Source: Candidatus Woesearchaeota archaeon (GTDB lineage: Archaea; Nanobdellota; Nanobdellia; SCGC-AAA011-G17; JACPNG01). From it: 64,000 bases of DNA. Below the pieces are notes generated by a model that worked only from the letters and a program-made list of their open reading frames with translations, was not told where the DNA came from and made no database searches. Positions 17,594 to 26,923 of this stretch are shown one piece after another. Every line of letters begins with the position of its first letter. The first letter of the stretch is position 1. The stretch is from contig JACPNG010000015.1 in assembly GCA_016185605.1 (NCBI GenBank), positions 7,103 to 71,102 on the forward strand, in the 5' to 3' direction. Position numbers and translations under genes: made by a program.

Positions 17594-18010
17594 ATGGGAT
17601 TCTTCACAAAGAAAAAAGAGATGAAAAAGGAGCTTCCTCCATTAAAATTTCCAGAATTTCCAAAGTATGAATCTGAGATAAATGACGACTTCTCCCAGAT
17701 AAAAGATGCTGTTTCAACTCCTATGACTTCTAGACAGTCTTATAATATTCCAGACATGATTGACATGCCGAGGGAAGAGCCCGAAATTCACAGGACAGAA
17801 AAGACATTATTCATAAAGGTAGATAAGTATAAATTAGTAATGAAGAGTCTGGATGGAATAAAAGACAAGTTAGAAGAGCTGGAAAAAGTAATCAATAAGC
17901 TTGATGAATTAAAAAAGCAAGAAGATGACGAATTAGCAAAGTGGCATTCTGATTTAGAATATCTAAAAGAAAGGCTAAATAATATAGACAAGACATTATT
18001 TGAAAGCTAA
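17594..18010 (+). CDS. hypothetical coiled-coil protein
   Basis: 138 aa. 3' end overlaps the next ORF. Confidence 0.35.
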   Translation: MGFFTKKKEMKKELPPLKFPEFPKYESEINDDFSQIKDAVSTPMTSRQSYNIPDMIDMPREEPEIHRTEKTLFIKVDKYKLVMKSLDGIKDKLEELEKVINKLDELKKQEDDELAKWHSDLEYLKERLNNIDKTLFES

Positions 18011-18368
18011 AATGAATGATAAAATAATGCATGTAATGGTTTCTAGGCCAAATGAAAGCAGAAAAGGCTTACTGCAAAGCAGCATAGATATTGTGAGATT
18101 TCTAAAGGGGATTGAAAAATTAAAATTAATAAGAAAAGAAAAAATATTGTACCAAAATTATTTTAAGAAAGAATCAAAGGAATTAGGAATATTAATGAAG
18201 GATCTGTTTAACATACTTCCGGAGGTTAAGATTGAGGAAAAGGAAAAAAGAATGGACAGATTAGAGAAGAAAGAAAAGCAGATAATTGAGAAGCCTTCTA
18301 AGAACTTTGAACTAGAAAGATTGGAATCTGACATAAGAAAATTGCAGGATAAAATAAACTCATTATAA
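18000..18368 (+). CDS. hypothetical coiled-coil protein
   Basis: 122 aa, K/E-rich. Confidence 0.35.
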   Translation: MKAKMNDKIMHVMVSRPNESRKGLLQSSIDIVRFLKGIEKLKLIRKEKILYQNYFKKESKELGILMKDLFNILPEVKIEEKEKRMDRLEKKEKQIIEKPSKNFELERLESDIRKLQDKINSL

Positions 18369-18402
18369 CAAAATTTTTAAATATAATTACCAAGAAATTT
18401 CT

Positions 18403-20172
18403 ATGAAAGCTACTGAGTTAAAGCAGAAATATCTAAATTTCTTCAAATCCAAAGGCCATAGCATAGTCCCTTCTGCATCATTAATTCCAGAGAATGACCC
18501 GACAATATTGTTTACAACAGCTGGAATGCATCCATTGGTTCCATATTTATTAGGACAAAAGCATCCATTGGGAAAAAGAATAGTAAATGTCCAGAAATGC
18601 ATCAGGACAGGGGACATTGATGAAGTGGGGGACAGTTTACATCTAACATTTTTTGAGATGCTTGGAAACTGGAGTTTAGGGGATTATTTCAAGGATGAGG
18701 CTATTGAATGGAGCTTCGAATTTTTAACAGATAAAAAATATCTTAATTTGGATGCAGATAGATTGGCAATATCTGTCTTCAAGGGGGATAAAGACGCTAA
18801 AAAAGATGAATTTTCATATAAAAAATGGCTGTCTTTGGGAATTCCAAAAGAGAGAATAGCATTTCTTCCAAAAAATGACAATTGGTGGGGTCCTGCCGGA
18901 TTAACTGGACCTTGCGGTCCTGATACAGAGATGTTCTACTGGGCATCTAATGAGAAAGCCCCTAAAAAATTCAATCCAAAAGATGTTAAATGGTTTGAAA
19001 TCTGGAATGATGTTTTCATGGAGTATAATAAAACCAAAGAAGGAAAATATGAATTGCTAAAGCAAAAGAATGTTGACACTGGAATGGGTGTTGAAAGAAC
19101 TTCTGCTGTATTGCAGAATAAAAAATCAGTATATGATATAGAAATATTCTCTCCAATAATTGAAAAAATAAAAGAAATTTCGGATATAAAAAAAATAGAT
19201 GAAAATAAGCTTAAGTCAATTAGGATAATAGCTGATCATCTAAGGGCAGCCACATTTATACTGGGAGACGAAAAAAGGATAACCCCCAGCAATGTTGAGC
19301 GGGGATATGTACTAAGAAGATTGATAAGAAAATCCATAAGACATGGAAAATTAATTGGAATAGAAAATAATTTCACATTTGAGGTAGCCAAGTCAATAGT
19401 AAACATCTACAAGGATGAATATAATGAGATTGAAAAATATAAAAAATTCATCTTCGAGGAATTAGACAAGGAAGAGGAGAAATTTAGAAATACCCTGGAT
19501 AAGGGAACAAAAAGATTTAATGAGATAATAAAATCATTAAAAACAAAAACTATTCCAGGAATAGACGCATTTCACCTGTATGACACCTATGGATTTCCAA
19601 TTGAATTGACAAAGGAATTAGCCATTGAGAAAGGATTTAAAATAGATGAAAATAAGTTCAATCTTGAGTTTAAAAAACACCAGGAAAAATCCAGATTGAG
19701 TACAGAAAAGAAATTCACTTCAGGATTGGCTGACCATGGTGCAAATACTACAAGATTGCATACAGCAACTCATTTATTGCACCAAGCATTAAGAAATATT
19801 CTGGGAAATCATGTCCAGCAAAAAGGCTCTAATATAACTCATGAGCGTTTAAGATTTGACTTTTCCCATGATAATAAGATGACAGATGAGCAGATTAAGA
19901 AAGTTGAAAATATAGTAAATGAGCAGATTAAGAAATCATTGGAGGTTAAAAGAGATGAAATGTCGCCTTCTGAAGCCAAATCAAAGGGTGCTTTGGGATT
20001 TTTTGAATCTAAGTATGGAAACAAAGTAAGCGTCTATTCTGTTGGAAATTTTTCAAAGGAAATCTGCACAGGGCCCCACGTTAATAACACAAAAGATATC
20101 GGAAAATTTAAGATTACAAAAGAAGAGGCTGTTGCTGCTGGAATAAGAAGAATAAGAGCTATTGTAGAATAA
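18403..20172 (+). CDS. alaS: alanyl-tRNA synthetase, bacterial-type, compact (catalytic + tRNA-recognition + editing core; no C-Ala domain)
   Basis: 589 aa. PENDPTILFTTAGMHPLVPYL (TNAGM-like), FFEMLGNWSLGDYFK, WWGPAGLTGPCGPDTEMFY, editing-domain HTATHLLHQAL and C-terminal CTGPHV. Confidence 0.8.
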   Translation: MKATELKQKYLNFFKSKGHSIVPSASLIPENDPTILFTTAGMHPLVPYLLGQKHPLGKRIVNVQKCIRTGDIDEVGDSLHLTFFEMLGNWSLGDYFKDEAIEWSFEFLTDKKYLNLDADRLAISVFKGDKDAKKDEFSYKKWLSLGIPKERIAFLPKNDNWWGPAGLTGPCGPDTEMFYWASNEKAPKKFNPKDVKWFEIWNDVFMEYNKTKEGKYELLKQKNVDTGMGVERTSAVLQNKKSVYDIEIFSPIIEKIKEISDIKKIDENKLKSIRIIADHLRAATFILGDEKRITPSNVERGYVLRRLIRKSIRHGKLIGIENNFTFEVAKSIVNIYKDEYNEIEKYKKFIFEELDKEEEKFRNTLDKGTKRFNEIIKSLKTKTIPGIDAFHLYDTYGFPIELTKELAIEKGFKIDENKFNLEFKKHQEKSRLSTEKKFTSGLADHGANTTRLHTATHLLHQALRNILGNHVQQKGSNITHERLRFDFSHDNKMTDEQIKKVENIVNEQIKKSLEVKRDEMSPSEAKSKGALGFFESKYGNKVSVYSVGNFSKEICTGPHVNNTKDIGKFKITKEEAVAAGIRRIRAIVE

Positions 20173-20173
20173 T

Positions 20174-20458
20174 TTACTTAAATTTATCCAGGCAATTATT
20201 AAATTCTTTGTTTTCTGTCCACTGGCATTTGTTTTTGACACATCCGCAGCCTGTTAATTTATAGCATCCATACTCTTCCTTGTATTCACAAGTTGTGATT
20301 ATATTCTGGGCATTTTCTTTTTGCAAACATAACTGTCCAGAGCATCCTCCAGCAGAACAATCACTATCTATATTACATTCAATATCGTTTATAGGAACAT
20401 TATTAGCATTACTACATCCAATAAGAAATAATAAAAATAAAATAATTAATTTTTTCAT
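20174..20458 (-). CDS. Cys-rich putative lipoprotein (signal + LIGC lipobox)
   Basis: 94 aa with 10 Cys after a lipobox-like LFLIGCS. Confidence 0.4.
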   Translation of the reverse strand: MKKLIILFLLFLIGCSNANNVPINDIECNIDSDCSAGGCSGQLCLQKENAQNIITTCEYKEEYGCYKLTGCGCVKNKCQWTENKEFNNCLDKFK

Positions 20459-20880
20459 TTCAAAATTACTTTATCTCCCAAGTTAATATTATTTTCTATT
20501 GCAAAATTATTATTTACCTCCAACACATATTTGGCTTTATCTTTTGGTTTATAGCTTATACATTCATCATCGCATGGAACAGCGTGTTTTATGTCCACAA
20601 TCTTTAAATTCTTAGAGATAAAAATCATATCCAATGGAATTAATGTATTCTTCATCCAGAAACTATGATAATCCTCATCTTCAAAAACAAACAGCATCCC
20701 GGAATTTTTATCTAGGCTTTCTCTGAACATTAATCCTTGTGTTCTTTCTGAGTCAGAATCTGCAATTTCAATATTAACTTTTATCTCATTATCTTCATTA
20801 TTAATTATCAGATAATCCTTATTAGCACAACCATTCATAAGTATTAATGGAACTAAAGCTATCAATAATAACATTTTCAT
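20455..20880 (-). CDS. DUF192 (COG1430-like) secreted protein
   Basis: 141 aa. ERTQGLMFRESL...MLFVFEDE...FWMKNTLIPLDMIF matches the DUF192 pattern. Stop overlaps the leuS start region (operon). Confidence 0.55.
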   Translation of the reverse strand: MKMLLLIALVPLILMNGCANKDYLIINNEDNEIKVNIEIADSDSERTQGLMFRESLDKNSGMLFVFEDEDYHSFWMKNTLIPLDMIFISKNLKIVDIKHAVPCDDECISYKPKDKAKYVLEVNNNFAIENNINLGDKVILK

Positions 20881-23800
20881 TCTAAAAATATTGCTGGTTT
20901 TCCAGGCTTGGCTTTTTTTGATTTATTTTCTGGATCATATTTATTCTTGTCAGAAACTGAATAAACAATAACATCCTTGTTTACTTTAATGCTCAATTCT
21001 TTAGAATTATAGTTATTAACTTCATTAGGCAGTGAATAAACATAAACCTTGCTGAATTCTTTTCCTTGTTTTTCTTTCATCACATTAATTACATTTGTTA
21101 TATCTGAAACCAAATTATTAAATGATTTTTCAGCCTGTTCAAATTTTATATCTATCTTAGATTCATCATATTCTGGCCATTTTTCCAGGCTCAGGAATTT
21201 TTTATTTCCAATTTTTTCCCATAACTCTTCTGTAATATGAGGACAAAATGGATGTATTAACTTAAGGAATTTCTCCAAATCTTTCTTGCTTATTTCATTT
21301 TCCAAGGAATCAAATAAATCCCTAATCTTAATAATTGCCAAGTTATACTTGAATTCTTCTATATCTTGAGTAACATCTTTTATTGTTTTGTTTAATTTAC
21401 TTTCAACCTTTCTGGATGTTTTTCCCATCTTCACATTTGAAACATAATCTATTAGCCTTCTGACAAATCTTAGGCTTCCATCTATGCCTTTAGAACTCCA
21501 TTCCATATCTTTGTCAGGAGCAGCCCCTGATATCAAGAATAATCTTGCTGTGTCTATCCCATATTCTTTTGATACAGCTTCTGGCAAGACAACATTGCCT
21601 CTGGATTTTGACATTACAAATCCGTCTTCCCCGTGCAACATTCCTTGGTTGAATAACTTGATGAAAGGCTCATCAATATTTACATATCCCATATTCCTAA
21701 GGGCTTTAGTAAAAAATCTTGCATAAATTAAATGCATACAGGCATGCTCTGCCCCCCCAATATACTGGTCAACAGGCATCCAATAGTTTGTTTTCATAGT
21801 ATCAAATGGTTTCTTATTATTTTTATTATCGCAATATCTTAAGAAGTACCAAGAAGAATCAAAGAAAGTGTCCATTGTATCTGTTTCTCTTTTAGCATTC
21901 TTTTTGCATCTAGGGCATTTTACATTTAAAAATTTTTTATTTGTTGTTAATGGGTTTCCTTTTCCAAATTTAACCTTGTCTGGAAGTTTTACAGGAAGAT
22001 CTTTTTCTTGAACTGGAATAATTCCGCAAGAATCACAATAAATTATTGGAATCGGAGTCCCCCAATATCTTTGTCTTGAGATTAGCCAGTCCCTTAATTT
22101 GTAATTAACAGTTAACTTTCCTATTTTTTTATTTTCTAATTCTTTGGTTATCTTTATCTTGGCTTCTTCTGAATTTAGTCCATTGAACTTTTCAGAATTA
22201 GTTAGAATACCTTCATCAACATATGCCTCTTGTGTACAATTCAACATTCTCAGAGCATGTTTATGAGTAGTTGGTGTCAAAAATTTCTCAAGCTCCTTTA
22301 AGTTAAGCCATTTTATTTCATGGATCTCCTTTTCAGCTTCTGAAATATTTTTTTGCTTGCTATTTTGCAATTCAAAATAAAGAACGTGTGCATGAGCAAA
22401 TCTATTTATCTTTTTAGGCACATGATAAAATCTTCCATGCACTCTGCCAAAATCTTTAATTAATTTAGGATTTAAATATCCAGTTTCTTCTTCAATTTCT
22501 ATCTTGGCTGCTTCTTCTGGAGTTTGGTTTTTTTCTATTCCACCAGTAATGAAAGTTCCCCAAACAACTTTTTTCCATTTTAATCCTATATATTTTTCTT
22601 CAGACCAGTGTTTTACAATAGCAATAATTGCATCTCTATGATCAAATGGTAAACCATCAACAATCTTACCTGGTTCTGTATCTTGACTATAAACTGGCTC
22701 TATTACATTCACTATTTTAAGATTGTACTTCTTTGCAAACTCAAAATCTCTTTGGTCATGAGCTGGAACTGCCATTACCATCCCAGAGCCATATTCAGCA
22801 ATGACAAAATTTCCTGCATAAACTGGAATTTTTTGATTTGTTAATGGATGTAATGCATAACTCCCTGTAAACACCCCTTCTTTATCCAACTTTTCTATAT
22901 CTTCTTTTTTTGTTGATTTTATTTTTCTTAAGAAATTATCAACCTCTTTCTTCTGTTCTTTTGTTACAATCTCATGAAGCCTTGGATGCTGGGCGGAAAT
23001 AACCATAAAAGTTACCCCAAATAAAGTATCTGGACGAGTAGTAAATATTTTCCATTTTCTAAATAATAAATTTAAGACTTCCTCTTCCTTTTCTCCATTA
23101 TAATGTGTCTTATTTCCCATTGCAGTGATAATTTGTGCTTCTAATTTATTAGCTATTTCCATGGGTTGATTAATAGGAACAATATGATCATTTTTATCTA
23201 CAAGAATAAATATTTGTCTAACATTCTCCTTAATTTTATTAAAATCAAACTTCCAATCACAATAATTTGATAGGGCAGGTCTAGGTTTGTTATCAATGAA
23301 AGCTTTGCCGGAGATAATTCTTTCTTTTGTTGGAAGTGGAGGAGCAACCATTATTAATTTGCCTATCTTTATTCTCCCAGATGAGAGTAATTTCATCATC
23401 AAAATATTTCCAAGAGAATGTCCTATTACTATGCTGTTCTCATTAAAATTATAATTATTTAAAACAAACTCTGATTGTTCTTTATACTGCGGATTATTTG
23501 TATTTGGCAAATCAGGAGAAAATGATACTCTTCCACCCTTATTTTCAATTTCTTTTCTTAACCACAACCAAAAAGCATCTTTAGAACTATCTCCATATGC
23601 ATGAAGAAAAACAAACTCTTTATCTTTTACATCTTCAAATATTTCAAATTCAATCTCAGTTCCATAGCTTTTTCCAATCCAGTTCTCCTGCATTATTTTT
23701 ATTCTTTCAGACCATTGTAATTTTTCTATATCTTTCAAAAGCTCATCTGCATATTTTGTTGTCTTGATGAACCATTGTTCTAATTGTTTTGTCTCAACAT

Positions 23801-24347
23801 CTGTATCTTTATGACGCCAGCATTTTCCGTTATGGACTTGCTCATTTGCCAATACAGTATCGCATTTAGAGCACCAGTTAACACTTGCTTTTGATTTATA
23901 CACTAATCCATTCTCCAAGAATTTCAAAAAGAAATACTGGTTCCATTTATAGTATTCTGGAGTATGAGTCATTAATAACCTATCCCAGTCATAACTTAAT
24001 CCAAGCTCTTTTTGCTGCCTTATAAAATTTTTAATGGAATTCTCTGTGAATTTCTTTGGATGCTCTTTGGCTAGAATAGCTGCATTCTCTGCTGGAAGTC
24101 CAAATGAATCATATCCCATTGGATATAATACATTAAATCCCATCATCCTTTTAAATCTTGAATAAATATCTCCAATAGTATAGTTAAATGCATGACCCAT
24201 ATGCAGTCCAGAGCCAGAAGGATATGGAAACATCTCAAGAACATAGAATTTTTTCTTATTATTCTCTTTAACTTTGAATACTTTTTTCTGTTCCCATCTC
24301 TTCTGCCATTTCTTTTCTATTTTGCTGAAATCAACCATTATATTCAT
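20877..24347 (-). CDS. leuS: leucyl-tRNA synthetase (archaeal type) with two extra hydrolase-like domains inserted around the CP1 editing domain
   Basis: 1156 aa. HMGH (HIGH) and VMSKS (KMSKS) motifs, NWIGKSYG, TTRPDT and AVPAHDQRDFEFA editing motifs. About 195 extra aa with a GHSLG nucleophile elbow between WIGKS and TTRPDT (approx. nt 23058..23642). About 145 extra aa with a Nudix-box-like GGIEKNQTPEEAAKIEIEEETG after the editing core (approx. nt 22233..22670). Confidence 0.85.
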   Translation of the reverse strand: MNIMVDFSKIEKKWQKRWEQKKVFKVKENNKKKFYVLEMFPYPSGSGLHMGHAFNYTIGDIYSRFKRMMGFNVLYPMGYDSFGLPAENAAILAKEHPKKFTENSIKNFIRQQKELGLSYDWDRLLMTHTPEYYKWNQYFFLKFLENGLVYKSKASVNWCSKCDTVLANEQVHNGKCWRHKDTDVETKQLEQWFIKTTKYADELLKDIEKLQWSERIKIMQENWIGKSYGTEIEFEIFEDVKDKEFVFLHAYGDSSKDAFWLWLRKEIENKGGRVSFSPDLPNTNNPQYKEQSEFVLNNYNFNENSIVIGHSLGNILMMKLLSSGRIKIGKLIMVAPPLPTKERIISGKAFIDNKPRPALSNYCDWKFDFNKIKENVRQIFILVDKNDHIVPINQPMEIANKLEAQIITAMGNKTHYNGEKEEEVLNLLFRKWKIFTTRPDTLFGVTFMVISAQHPRLHEIVTKEQKKEVDNFLRKIKSTKKEDIEKLDKEGVFTGSYALHPLTNQKIPVYAGNFVIAEYGSGMVMAVPAHDQRDFEFAKKYNLKIVNVIEPVYSQDTEPGKIVDGLPFDHRDAIIAIVKHWSEEKYIGLKWKKVVWGTFITGGIEKNQTPEEAAKIEIEEETGYLNPKLIKDFGRVHGRFYHVPKKINRFAHAHVLYFELQNSKQKNISEAEKEIHEIKWLNLKELEKFLTPTTHKHALRMLNCTQEAYVDEGILTNSEKFNGLNSEEAKIKITKELENKKIGKLTVNYKLRDWLISRQRYWGTPIPIIYCDSCGIIPVQEKDLPVKLPDKVKFGKGNPLTTNKKFLNVKCPRCKKNAKRETDTMDTFFDSSWYFLRYCDNKNNKKPFDTMKTNYWMPVDQYIGGAEHACMHLIYARFFTKALRNMGYVNIDEPFIKLFNQGMLHGEDGFVMSKSRGNVVLPEAVSKEYGIDTARLFLISGAAPDKDMEWSSKGIDGSLRFVRRLIDYVSNVKMGKTSRKVESKLNKTIKDVTQDIEEFKYNLAIIKIRDLFDSLENEISKKDLEKFLKLIHPFCPHITEELWEKIGNKKFLSLEKWPEYDESKIDIKFEQAEKSFNNLVSDITNVINVMKEKQGKEFSKVYVYSLPNEVNNYNSKELSIKVNKDVIVYSVSDKNKYDPENKSKKAKPGKPAIFLE

Positions 24348-24379
24348 CTCAATAAATGTTTATATAAACTTTTTGAAAA

Positions 24380-24392
24380 GCTTTAAAAACAA
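24380..24392 (+). promoter_or_regulatory. candidate archaeal TATA/BRE element for tRNA-Arg
   Basis: tttaaaaa centred about 27 nt upstream of the mature tRNA 5' end. Confidence 0.3.
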
Positions 24393-24414
24393 AATACAGC
24401 TTTATTTTGATATT

Positions 24415-24501
24415 GGGCCTGTAACTCAGTTTGGATAGAGTGTCAGCCTTCTAAACAATGAAGTGAGCTGAAAGTCCGGGGTTCAAATCCTCGCAGGCCC
24501 G
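24415..24501 (+). tRNA. tRNA-Arg (anticodon UCU) with a short (about 12-nt) intron adjacent to the anticodon loop
   Basis: Acceptor GGGCCTG/CAGGCCC. D-arm ACTC-AGTTTGGATA-GAGT. Anticodon stem TCAGC/GCTGA with loop CTTCTAA plus inserted acaatgaagtga (CTTC/GAAG pairing suggests a relaxed BHB). T-arm CGGGG-TTCAAAT-CCTCG. No encoded CCA. Confidence 0.75.
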
Positions 24502-24550
24502 CTCTTAGAATACAAAAGATATAAAAATCAGAAGAATTCTTTCAATCCAT

Positions 24551-24657
24551 GCGCAGGTGCCCAAGCGGTCTAAGGGGACCGATCATCTTATGATGAGTCC
24601 AAGCTGCAAAATATTGTAGACCCCGGTTTATCGCAGGTTCGAATCCTGCCCTGCGCT
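24551..24657 (+). tRNA. tRNA gene with about 35-nt insertion, isotype unresolved (class-II-like D-arm)
   Basis: Perfect 7-bp acceptor GCGCAGG/CCTGCGC. T-arm GCAGG-TTCGAAT-CCTGC. D-arm CCC-AAGCGGTCTAAG-GGG (Leu/Ser-like). The region between the D- and T-arms is about 60 nt and contains the hairpin TCATC-TTAT-GATGA. The anticodon could not be fixed by eye. Confidence 0.6.
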
Positions 24658-24675
24658 TTATAATTTATAGAAATA

Positions 24676-24957
24676 TTATGCGACTGCTTGATGAGTATGA
24701 TAGGTTCTATAATGCTTTTTCACTAATTTTTGAATATAATCATAAGCTATTTTATATCCTACTTCTGTAGATGTGCCACTCTTTACTAAACGATCACATT
24801 CACTAGAAATTCTTAACCTAAGTAAATGATCTAAACTCTTTGGCAAGTCTTTTTTTAATTTATTAAAAAAGAAATCAGAATTTATTCCATCTTTTGCACT
24901 ACAAAAACTCCAATAAATAAAATTTAGTACTTCATCTCTGCTTGCTATTTCTGACAT
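24676..24957 (-). CDS. hypothetical protein (93 aa)
   Basis: ORF only. Confidence 0.3.
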   Translation of the reverse strand: MSEIASRDEVLNFIYWSFCSAKDGINSDFFFNKLKKDLPKSLDHLLRLRISSECDRLVKSGTSTEVGYKIAYDYIQKLVKKHYRTYHTHQAVA

Positions 24958-24982
24958 ATTAAAAATAAAAAATAAAGGTTAA

Positions 24983-26923
24983 TTAAGGTTTCTTAGGCAA
25001 AAATACTAGCTTTAGCACATATAATACAATTAAGATGGCAACCACATCTGCCACTATCCAGAATGCTGTATTTCCGCCAAGATTGCTTAAATCTATTCCT
25101 ATTCCTTTAGATTCCTCTCCTAATTCAAACACAACAGTTTCAGTAGCTACAACCTCATTATTATGTTTAAGCTCTAATAATGCTGTTTTCCTTCCTGTTT
25201 CTCCTTCCCTAGCTTCCAACAATAAAAATATTGTGCTTGATTGTCCAGAATCCAACGTCAAAGTCTTAGAGTCAACTGGATTTGCCCAGCTGGCATCTAA
25301 GTCTAGTACAAGGCTTAATATATTATTAGCATTGTTTGTTATCTTTACTGGAATGCTGAATGAGTTTTCCTTGGCTACTATTTCATCTTCGTTAACACTT
25401 AACCCAACATCGGGCAATGAAACTACTTGTCCTTTGCATTGAACAACTATATTTCCAAATATCCCTTTCTTCTCATCTCCGTCATCAAAATATACAATAG
25501 CTTCCAAGTCATGTGTCTTATCCTCTGCATCACTAGGAATATTAAATACAAAATTCTTTGTTAAATCATCTCCCTTGTCCAAGTCAAAGCTGTTTGATCT
25601 TTGATCTATTTTTAATGCAGTGCTCTTTAAGTCTATGTAAACTCCATCTTCATCCCTGTTTCCTATGTTTACAACACTAATATCAACACTTACGCTTTCT
25701 CCACAGCTTACTGTAGAAGGATTGACTAAAATCTCATCTATTACAACATCGTGGTCATTTTTCTCTATATCTATTTCTATACTTTCCTCATTACAGTTTT
25801 GGTCTTCATCTCCGTCTTCATATGCTTTAATAAATATAGTATAGTCATGATCCTCATCTAAGTCAGGATCTTGTGGTATTTTTAATTCCAATGTAAAGTC
25901 TTCCTCATCATCATCATTTATATTTATGCTGTCGCTTTCTACTGTTGTAATTTCATCATTATCATCCAAATCATATAAAAATGCCTCTACAACAACATCC
26001 ATATCTTTGTCATCTTCATTATTTACAGTTACATCAATATCTACTGTGTCTCCCAAATTATATTCATCTCCGTCATCTGGGTCATTTACGTCTATTTGCA
26101 GTAATGCCTGGCTTCTTGAGCTAGGATCTCCATCTTTTACTATTCCATCCTTACATACCTCTGGCTGTATTCTGACTTCTAGATTAAATGTGTCTGTTTT
26201 AGTATTATCATTAGGATTTTTTACAGTTATTAATCCAGTATAAGTATCCAAGTCAATTCCGTCTTCTATTACAGCTGTTAATGTTATTGTGTCTGTCTCT
26301 CCTGGATTGACTGCATTAAAATCTTTGAATGTCAATGCTACTGTGTCATTATCATCATCTGAAAAGTCGCTTTGGGTATATGTTATTAATGAGTTTGTTA
26401 GTGTAAATGCATTGCTTCCTGTGTTTTTTACATCAAATGTTACTGTTTTTGTCTCATCTTCCTGGCTTGTTATAGTTAAAGGATTAGATGAATTGTCATA
26501 TGTCTGGACATCCAAAGCATGAATGCTTTGAACAGTTACAGAATATGGAAATGTATGATTATTAGCTGCTTCATTTCCAGATTCATTGGCATATATTGAT
26601 CCTGAATAAGTTCCAGCTAAAATAGTTGGAATTACAACATTAAATGATGTTATTTGTGGAGTCGCATTAGCTAAATTTGTTATACTTGGTATGGAAGGTG
26701 GTGTAATAGTATTTGAACCTGATATTAAATTAGAACTTTGTAATATTATTGTTAGTATGGGTCCAGCAACTACTGCGTTTTCAACAGTTGCATTAATCTG
26801 TACTGTGTCTCCTGGGTTCCCGCTTGGGCTTGTAACAGCTGCTATATTAACTTGACCAATAGCACTAACTAAACCAACTAAAAAAATTATGAAAAATATG
26901 TTTAAACCGATAAATTTATTCAT
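24983..26923 (-). CDS. acidic cell-surface protein with signal peptide, CARDB/Ig-like beta-rich repeats and a C-terminal TM anchor
   Basis: 646 aa. N-terminal signal. T/S/D-rich beta-strand-type sequence. C-terminal FWIVADVVAILIVLYVLKLVFLPKKP. Confidence 0.6.
   Translation of the reverse strand: MNKFIGLNIFFIIFLVGLVSAIGQVNIAAVTSPSGNPGDTVQINATVENAVVAGPILTIILQSSNLISGSNTITPPSIPSITNLANATPQITSFNVVIPTILAGTYSGSIYANESGNEAANNHTFPYSVTVQSIHALDVQTYDNSSNPLTITSQEDETKTVTFDVKNTGSNAFTLTNSLITYTQSDFSDDDNDTVALTFKDFNAVNPGETDTITLTAVIEDGIDLDTYTGLITVKNPNDNTKTDTFNLEVRIQPEVCKDGIVKDGDPSSRSQALLQIDVNDPDDGDEYNLGDTVDIDVTVNNEDDKDMDVVVEAFLYDLDDNDEITTVESDSININDDDEEDFTLELKIPQDPDLDEDHDYTIFIKAYEDGDEDQNCNEESIEIDIEKNDHDVVIDEILVNPSTVSCGESVSVDISVVNIGNRDEDGVYIDLKSTALKIDQRSNSFDLDKGDDLTKNFVFNIPSDAEDKTHDLEAIVYFDDGDEKKGIFGNIVVQCKGQVVSLPDVGLSVNEDEIVAKENSFSIPVKITNNANNILSLVLDLDASWANPVDSKTLTLDSGQSSTIFLLLEAREGETGRKTALLELKHNNEVVATETVVFELGEESKGIGIDLSNLGGNTAFWIVADVVAILIVLYVLKLVFLPKKP

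Noticed and set aside
20877-24347. Possible intein in the oversized LeuRS
   Set aside because: No intein blocks (Cys/Ser-His...His-Asn-Cys/Ser/Thr splice junctions, DOD motifs) were found. The extra residues instead carry GxSxG and Nudix-box-like motifs.
24583-24596. Hairpin TCATC-TTAT-GATGA as the anticodon arm of the 24551 tRNA
   Set aside because: Recounting shows a 4-nt loop, not 7, so it cannot present an anticodon. It is more likely the core of an intron.
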